Part shown: one piece after another, positions 57,989 through 64,000 of the stretch | Layout: each line of letters opens with the position of its first letter | Numbering within the stretch: position 1 is the stretch's first letter | Origin: Alphaproteobacteria bacterium | GTDB lineage: Bacteria; Pseudomonadota; Alphaproteobacteria; Sphingomonadales; Emcibacteraceae | Direction: 5' to 3' | Length of the DNA stretch: 64,000 nt | Assembly: GCA_002401455.1 (NCBI GenBank) | Contig: NVTE01000002.1 | Span: forward strand, 32,567-96,566 | Made by a program: the position numbers and the translations under genes | Notes under the pieces: generated by a model | What the model saw: the letters and a program-made list of their open reading frames with translations, nothing else | The model's database searches: none | What the model was told of the DNA's origin: nothing

Positions 57989-59077
57989 ATGAAATTTCTC
58001 GATCAAAGCAAAATCTACCTCAAATCAGGCGGCGGCGGTGATGGCTGCCTGAGCTTTCGCCGTGAAAAATGTGTCGAATTCGGTGGCCCGGACGGCGGCA
58101 ATGGCGGCCGGGGCGGCCATATTCTGATCGAAGCGGTCAGCGGCCTGAACACCCTGATCGATTTTCGCTACCGCCAGCATTTCAAGGCCGGACGCGGCGG
58201 TCATGGCATGGGGCGCAACCGCACCGGAGGCAAGGGCGCCGACAGCTATCTCAAAGTACCCGTCGGCACCCAGATTTTTGATGAAGATTACGGCGTCCTG
58301 CTTGCCGACCTGACCGAAGAAGGCCAGATGGTCATGATGCTCGAGGGCGGCCATCCCGGCACCGGCAACGCGGCCTTCAAATCCTCCATCAATCAGGCCC
58401 CACGACGCACCACTCCCGGTGGCCCAGCTGAAGAAATGTGGGTCTGGCTGCGCCTGAAACTGATGGCCGATGCTGGTCTTGTCGGCCTGCCCAATGCCGG
58501 AAAATCAACTTTCCTGTCTGCGGTCTCCCGAGCCAAGCCCAAGATTGCCGATTACCCCTTCACCACCCTGAAACCCCAGTTGGGCGTTGTCTATGTGGAT
58601 AACAGGGAATTTGTTGTGGCCGATATTCCGGGCCTGATCGAGGGTGCCCATGAGGGCCTCGGCCTCGGCGACAGATTTTTGGGTCATATCGAACGCTGCG
58701 CAACCATTCTGCATATGATTGATGCCACCGGTGATGATGTGGTTCAGGCCTATAAGACCATTCGCCATGAACTGGAATCCTACGGCGGCGGGCTGGCTGA
58801 CAAGCCGCAAGTCATCGGACTGAACAAATGTGATGCCCTGGACGATGAGCTGATCCAGATGCTGTCAGAGGAACTTGCGACAGTGACTGACTCCCCGATC
58901 GTGCCGATTTCGGCGGTCACCCGCTTTGGCATTGACGGCATGCTGCGGGCGCTTCAGAAAAATATTGATCACGCCAGAGACATTGAAACCGCTGCCATCG
59001 CTAAGGAAAAATCTGACGACCTCACCCCCGACGATGATGAAGACAGCACAAGTGGAGGCTGGTCCCCGATCTCTTAA
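57989..59077 (+). CDS. obgE: GTPase ObgE/CgtA
   Basis: [42 protein letters not shown]. Confidence 0.97.
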   Translation: MKFLDQSKIYLKSGGGGDGCLSFRREKCVEFGGPDGGNGGRGGHILIEAVSGLNTLIDFRYRQHFKAGRGGHGMGRNRTGGKGADSYLKVPVGTQIFDEDYGVLLADLTEEGQMVMMLEGGHPGTGNAAFKSSINQAPRRTTPGGPAEEMWVWLRLKLMADAGLVGLPNAGKSTFLSAVSRAKPKIADYPFTTLKPQLGVVYVDNREFVVADIPGLIEGAHEGLGLGDRFLGHIERCATILHMIDATGDDVVQAYKTIRHELESYGGGLADKPQVIGLNKCDALDDELIQMLSEELATVTDSPIVPISAVTRFGIDGMLRALQKNIDHARDIETAAIAKEKSDDLTPDDDEDSTSGGWSPIS

Positions 59078-59115
59078 CCCTATCGCCATCCCCCACGCGT
59101 AACCTGGGCCACATT

Positions 59116-60276
59116 ATGACTGAGAACACAGACCTTAGCCCGCTTATTACCGGCCACAGTGACGGTTGGAAACGGGTCATCATCAAAATCGGTTCCGCCC
59201 TGCTGATCGACAAGGACAGCGGGCAGCTGCGGGTGGATTGGCTGGGGGGCATCGCCCGTGATGTGGCCTTCCTGCGTCAGCGCGGTTATCAGGTGATCCT
59301 AGTGTCCTCCGGCTCCATCGGGCTTGGTCGTAAAATTCTCAACCTGACCATGAGCAAAAAGCTGGAAGAAAACCAGGCCGCCGCTGCTGTCGGTCAGATC
59401 GAGTTGGCCACAGCCTACCGCACGATCCTGGGCAAACTTGATATCCCCATGGCCCAAATCCTGCTCACCTACGGCGATACCGAAGAACGCCGGCGTTACC
59501 TCAATGCCCGCAATACCATCAACCGCCTGCTGGAGCTGGGTGTGGTGCCTGTGATCAATGAGAATGACACCGTTGCCACCGACGAAGTCCGCTACGGCGA
59601 CAATGACCGCCTCGCCGCCCGTGTCGCCAGCATGTGCGAGGCCGACTGCCTGTTCCTGCTGTCCGACATTGATGGTCTCTATACCGCAAATCCCCACCAG
59701 ACCTCCCCTGATCAGACAACACAGGCTGAACTGGTTAAGGAAGTACGGGACATCACCCCGGAAATCGAAGCCATGGCCGGGGCCCCGGTCTCCACCGGTT
59801 TTGGCAGCGGCGGCATGGTGACCAAAATTGCCGCGGCAAAAATCGCCATCGCCAGCGGCTGTAATATGGTGATCACCAACGGCACCGCCGACAGCCCTAT
59901 TCAAAAATATTTTAACGGGGCGGCCGGAACCTGGTTCCATGCCTCGGGAAATCCCCTAGCCGCCAAGAAAAAATGGATCGGTGCCAGCCTGGATATTTCC
60001 GGAACCCTGATTATTGATGACGGCGCCGTGGCCGCCCTGCAATCTGGCAAGAGCCTGCTGCCGGCGGGCATCCTTCGGGTGGAAGGCCACTATGACCGGG
60101 GGGACACCATCCGGGTCACCGCCCTGGACGGCACTATAATCGGCCAGGGATTAAGCGCCTATACGGCAGCGGATACCCTCAAACTGGCCGGCCACCGCAG
60201 CCATGAAATCGAATATATTCTGGGCTATTCCGGACGGAATGAAATCATCCACCGCAACGACCTTGTTATAAATTGA
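59116..60276 (+). CDS. proB: Glutamate 5-kinase
   Basis: KIGSALL, VSSG, NENDTV, GDND.LAA, GGMVTK, PUA domain. Confidence 0.97.
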   Translation: MTENTDLSPLITGHSDGWKRVIIKIGSALLIDKDSGQLRVDWLGGIARDVAFLRQRGYQVILVSSGSIGLGRKILNLTMSKKLEENQAAAAVGQIELATAYRTILGKLDIPMAQILLTYGDTEERRRYLNARNTINRLLELGVVPVINENDTVATDEVRYGDNDRLAARVASMCEADCLFLLSDIDGLYTANPHQTSPDQTTQAELVKEVRDITPEIEAMAGAPVSTGFGSGGMVTKIAAAKIAIASGCNMVITNGTADSPIQKYFNGAAGTWFHASGNPLAAKKKWIGASLDISGTLIIDDGAVAALQSGKSLLPAGILRVEGHYDRGDTIRVTALDGTIIGQGLSAYTAADTLKLAGHRSHEIEYILGYSGRNEIIHRNDLVIN

Positions 60277-60308
60277 ACGACCGAGTTATAAACTGAGAGT
60301 AAGTACCG

Positions 60309-61577
60309 ATGATGACAGAACAAGACATTAAAGATATGATGCTGGACATGGGCAAAGCGGCCAAGGCTGCCGCCGGCGCCCTGGCCAATGTAGCGACCGA
60401 GCAAAAGAACCAGGCCCTGATCGCGGCCGCCCGTCTGATTCGTCAAAACCAGGATAAAATCCTCATCGCCAATGCCAAAGATATGGAAATCGCCACCGCT
60501 CGCGGGCTGGCCGGGGCCATGCTCGACCGCCTGTTGCTGGACGGGAACAGAGTTGAAGGCATCGCCAGCTCCCTTGAAGCGATCGCAAAATTGCCCGATC
60601 CCATCGGCGATGTCATGGCCCAGTGGGACCGGCCCTCTGGCCTGAATATATCCCGGGTCAGGGTGCCCCTGGGCGTGATTGGAATTATCTACGAATCCCG
60701 GCCCAATGTGACGGCTGATGCCGGAGCCCTGTGCCTGAAATCAGGTAATGCCAGCATCCTGCGCTGTGGCAGTGAAAGCGCCCTGTCCAGCCGGACCATC
60801 CATGACTGCCTGGTCAAGGGACTGGAGGACGCCGGCCTCAGCCCCGACTGTATCCAGTTGATCCCGACCCAGGACCGCTCCGCCGTTGGTGAACTTCTGG
60901 GATTGGTCGGCTATGTGGATATTATCGTACCCCGGGGCGGCAAGTCGCTGATCGAACGGGTACAGAATGACAGCCGGGTTCCGGTCATGGCCCACCTGGA
61001 CGGCATCTGCCATGTCTATGTGGACGCCGATGCCGACCTGGAAAAAGCCGTGGCCATCACCCTCAATGCCAAGATGCGCCGGACCGGCATCTGCGGCGCG
61101 GCAGAAACCCTGCTGATCGACGAAAAAGTTCTGAACAGTCACCTGCCCGCCATTGCCGATGCCTTAAAGGTTGCCGGCTGTGAGTTACGCGGTGACAAAG
61201 CGGTCTGCGCTCTGGACGGTGCTATCCTTCCGGCAACGGAAGACGACTGGAACACGGAATATCTCGACAGCATCCTGTCCATTAAAACCGTCGCGGGCGT
61301 TGACGGGGCCATCGATCATATCGCCGCCCACGGCTCCCATCATACCGACAGCATCATCACCGAAAATGCCGCCACGGCAGAAAAATTCCTCAGCCGGGTC
61401 GATAGTGCTATTGTCATGCACAACACCTCTACCCAGTTTGCCGATGGCGGCGAATTTGGCATGGGGGCAGAGATTGGCATTTCCACGGGTAAAATGCACG
61501 CCCGGGGGCCGGTGGGCCTGGAACAGCTCACCAGCTATAAATATCAGGTCAGGAGCGATGGCAAAACGAGAGCATAA
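60309..61577 (+). CDS. proA: Glutamate-5-semialdehyde dehydrogenase
   Basis: [41 protein letters not shown]. Confidence 0.97.
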   Translation: MMTEQDIKDMMLDMGKAAKAAAGALANVATEQKNQALIAAARLIRQNQDKILIANAKDMEIATARGLAGAMLDRLLLDGNRVEGIASSLEAIAKLPDPIGDVMAQWDRPSGLNISRVRVPLGVIGIIYESRPNVTADAGALCLKSGNASILRCGSESALSSRTIHDCLVKGLEDAGLSPDCIQLIPTQDRSAVGELLGLVGYVDIIVPRGGKSLIERVQNDSRVPVMAHLDGICHVYVDADADLEKAVAITLNAKMRRTGICGAAETLLIDEKVLNSHLPAIADALKVAGCELRGDKAVCALDGAILPATEDDWNTEYLDSILSIKTVAGVDGAIDHIAAHGSHHTDSIITENAATAEKFLSRVDSAIVMHNTSTQFADGGEFGMGAEIGISTGKMHARGPVGLEQLTSYKYQVRSDGKTRA

Positions 61578-62208
61578 GCGGTCAGGAGATACTTCTGGAG
61601 ATATCAAAGGTTTGTCTATTTTTCCGGTCGGGGCCTGGGCGGAAAAAAAAGTCGGACTTCTCGGCGGCTCGTTCAATCCGGCCCATGCCGCCCATCTGGA
61701 TATTACCCTATCGGCCCTGGATCGCCTGAAGCTCGATGCGGTCTGGTGGCTAGTCTCCCCGCAGAACCCGTTAAAATCAGAGAAGGGCATGGCCGACCTG
61801 CAGGACCGACTGGCCAGCGCCCGGGAAATGGCTACCGACCCGCGCATTCATGTCACAGATGTGGAAACTCATCTGGCAACCTGTTATACTGTCGACAGCC
61901 TGAACCGGATTATGGCCCTGCTGCCGGACACCCGATTTATCTGGCTCATGGGGGCCGATAATATGGCCCAATTCTCCCAGTGGAAAGATTGGAAAAAAAT
62001 TGCCCGCACAGTAGCATTTGCGATTTTTGATCGTCCGGGGTATTCTAGGTCAGTAAAAGCGAGCGACGCGGCACAGCTGTTTCGGGATGATCAAATCCCC
62101 GAGAGCCAGGCCGCCGAACTCAGCACTATGAAAGCCCCGGCATGGACATTCATCCGGGATATACAAAATCCGTTGTCATCGACAGAGATACGGCGGAAAA
62201 AACTTTAA
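61558..62208 (+). CDS. nadD: Nicotinate-nucleotide adenylyltransferase
   Basis: [36 protein letters not shown]. Confidence 0.95.
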   Translation: MAKREHKRSGDTSGDIKGLSIFPVGAWAEKKVGLLGGSFNPAHAAHLDITLSALDRLKLDAVWWLVSPQNPLKSEKGMADLQDRLASAREMATDPRIHVTDVETHLATCYTVDSLNRIMALLPDTRFIWLMGADNMAQFSQWKDWKKIARTVAFAIFDRPGYSRSVKASDAAQLFRDDQIPESQAAELSTMKAPAWTFIRDIQNPLSSTEIRRKKL

Positions 62209-62245
62209 TACCAAGAGGTTAAATAAAACATTGCCTAGTAATAAC

Positions 62246-62647
62246 ATGTCAGAAGACGATAAACTGTCTTCTACCCAACCGCTCAGTACAGCAACTCTTC
62301 TGGAGGTTATCATCACGTCTCTGGAAGACAATAAAGCGGAAGAAATCATCTCCATTGATCTCAAAGGGAAAAGCAGCATTGCCGATTCGATGATCATTGC
62401 CTCTGGCCGGTCCACCCGTCAGGTGGCGGCAATTGCCACTCACCTTGCGACCAACGTCAAGAAAGCTGGCTATGGTCATTGCAAGATTGAAGGCCTGGAA
62501 AAGTCCGACTGGGTACTGATTGATGCCGGTGACGCCATCATCCATATTTTCCGACCGGAAGTGCGTAGCTTCTATAATCTGGAAAAAATGTGGACCATGG
62601 ACATCAGCCCTGATGACTTTACCCCGGATAAGGTGTTGAGCAGCTAA
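62246..62647 (+). CDS. rsfS: Ribosome silencing factor
   Basis: LEDNKAE, IIASGRS.RQV, WVLIDAGD..IHIF..EVR.FYNLEKMW. Confidence 0.95.
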   Translation: MSEDDKLSSTQPLSTATLLEVIITSLEDNKAEEIISIDLKGKSSIADSMIIASGRSTRQVAAIATHLATNVKKAGYGHCKIEGLEKSDWVLIDAGDAIIHIFRPEVRSFYNLEKMWTMDISPDDFTPDKVLSS

Positions 62648-62654
62648 TTCCTCC

Positions 62655-63113
62655 ATGCATCTTACCATTATTTCAGTAGGTCGCCTGAAACAAGGGCCAG
62701 AGAAACAGCAGATTGAGACCTATCTCAAACGCTGTCCCTGGCCCATCAAACTCATTGAAGTCGAAGAAAAGCGCCGAATCAAAGGTGCAGAACGCATGGC
62801 CCGGGAAGGCGATCTGATCAGTAAAGCCCTTCCCGATGGTGCCTTTGTCATCGCCCTGGACGAGCGGGGAAAATCCCTGCGAAGTGAAGGGTTTGCCACC
62901 CTGATCCGCGACCATCAGGATCAGGGCCGGGCACATCTGACCTTCCTGATTGGCGGTGCCGATGGCTACGATGCCAAAATCAAACAGCGGGCTAATCTTT
63001 TGCTCCGCCTCAGTGATATGACCTGGCCCCACATGATGGTGCGGGTTATGTTGACCGAACAGCTCTATCGGGCGTCCTGTATTTTATCTGGGCACCCGTA
63101 CCATAAAGATTAA
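62655..63113 (+). CDS. rlmH: 23S rRNA (pseudouridine1915-N3)-methyltransferase
   Basis: LDERGK, FLIGGADG, TWPHMMVRVML.EQLYRA..IL.GHPYH. Confidence 0.96.
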   Translation: MHLTIISVGRLKQGPEKQQIETYLKRCPWPIKLIEVEEKRRIKGAERMAREGDLISKALPDGAFVIALDERGKSLRSEGFATLIRDHQDQGRAHLTFLIGGADGYDAKIKQRANLLLRLSDMTWPHMMVRVMLTEQLYRASCILSGHPYHKD

Positions 63114-63227
63114 GGATCAGGTTAAGGCATAAAGTTTGTTACAAAAAGTCAAATTTTACGGCACCTTAACCTGCATTCTGCTATATATAGTGGCATATAC
63201 TGTAAAAACTGGATTTTTAAACGCCCC

Positions 63228-64000
63228 ATGACCAGCCCTGCCCCCCACCAGACCAAACCTGTCGTTCTCTGTATTCTTGATGGATGGGGCAGCCGCTCAG
63301 AAGCCGTCGACAACGCCATTATCCTTGGCAACACCCCCAATTTTGACCGCCTGACCAAGACCTGCCCCATGGCGCATCTGGAAACTTCCGGTCTGAAGGT
63401 GGGACTGCCGGACGGCCAGATGGGCAACTCGGAAGTCGGCCATACCAATCTGGGTGGAGGACGGGTGGTGCTCCAGGATCTACCGCGCATTGGCGCCGCC
63501 ATCACCGATGGTCATTTCGACGGAATTGACAGCTTAAAAGCCACCATCGCCAGCCTGAAATCAACTGGCGGCACCTGTCACCTGATGGGCCTGCTATCGC
63601 CGGGTGGTGTGCATAGCCATCAGGACCATATGGTGGCCCTGGCAAAGGCCCTGTCCGAAGCCGGTATTCCGGTTGCGGTTCACGGTTTCCTCGATGGCCG
63701 CGATGTGCCGCCGAGCAGTGCTGCGGGCTTTGTGGAAAAATTCGAGCAGGACATTAAAGGCTTCGACAAGGTGACGATTGCCACCCTGACCGGACGCTAT
63801 TACGCCATGGACCGGGATCAGCGCTGGGACCGGGTGACCAAGGCTTATAACGGTATGGTGTCGGCGGTTGGCGACCGTAGAAACACCGCACTGGCAGCCA
63901 TTGAGGCCAGCTACGCGGAAAAAATTACCGACGAATTCCTGCTGCCGGCGATCATCGGCGACTATGACGGCATGAAGGACGGCGACGCGATTCTGATGGC
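63228..64000 (+). CDS. gpmI: 2,3-bisphosphoglycerate-independent phosphoglycerate mutase (partial, runs off window)
   Basis: PVVLCILDGWG, VGLPDGQMGNSEVGH, GGVHSH, DGRD, GRYYAMDRD. Confidence 0.95.
   Translation, partial: MTSPAPHQTKPVVLCILDGWGSRSEAVDNAIILGNTPNFDRLTKTCPMAHLETSGLKVGLPDGQMGNSEVGHTNLGGGRVVLQDLPRIGAAITDGHFDGIDSLKATIASLKSTGGTCHLMGLLSPGGVHSHQDHMVALAKALSEAGIPVAVHGFLDGRDVPPSSAAGFVEKFEQDIKGFDKVTIATLTGRYYAMDRDQRWDRVTKAYNGMVSAVGDRRNTALAAIEASYAEKITDEFLLPAIIGDYDGMKDGDAILM

Noticed and set aside
61171-61557. Apparent N-terminal extension of NadD
   Set aside because: Overlaps proA in another frame; true start is probably ATG 61558 with an AGGAG RBS-like sequence just upstream

Overview
Chromosomal window from a free-living alphaproteobacterium, inferred from the gene order lptC-lptA-lptB-rpoN-hpf-ptsN, ftsEX-zinc-ribbon-cpdR-DUF4175-lysA-argH-tlpA and rplU-rpmA-obgE-proB-proA-nadD-rsfS-rlmH-gpmI. 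The two flanks (about 1-18.2 kb and 43-64 kb) are mostly core genes. They also hold a PEP-CTERM gene with a sigma-54 promoter, an uncharacterised ParA/RHH/TPR-SPOR/Sel1-SPOR module, a Fur-boxed ApbE-porin-FMN-binding-PepSY module, a Zur-boxed TonB receptor and an Fnr/Usp pair. A tRNA-Arg(UCU) at 18205-18281 is followed by about 25 kb of accessory-looking genes: OsmC-YcaO, a JmjC hydroxylase, a thiolase cluster, aromatic amino-acid catabolism and an AT-rich TIR gene. The most unusual signals are: (1) two separate single genes (the TIR gene and an NTF2-like gene), each bracketed by a direct-repeat duplication of a 22-23 bp terminator hairpin, as if inserted into terminators; (2) a structured palindromic element of about 90 nt inserted in frame in the indolepyruvate oxidoreductase gene; (3) the ParA/RHH/SPOR module; (4) two tandem small proteins sharing an SFMGLI motif. 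No integrase, transposase, rRNA or CRISPR array was seen. All protein calls come from motif recognition by eye, with no database searches.
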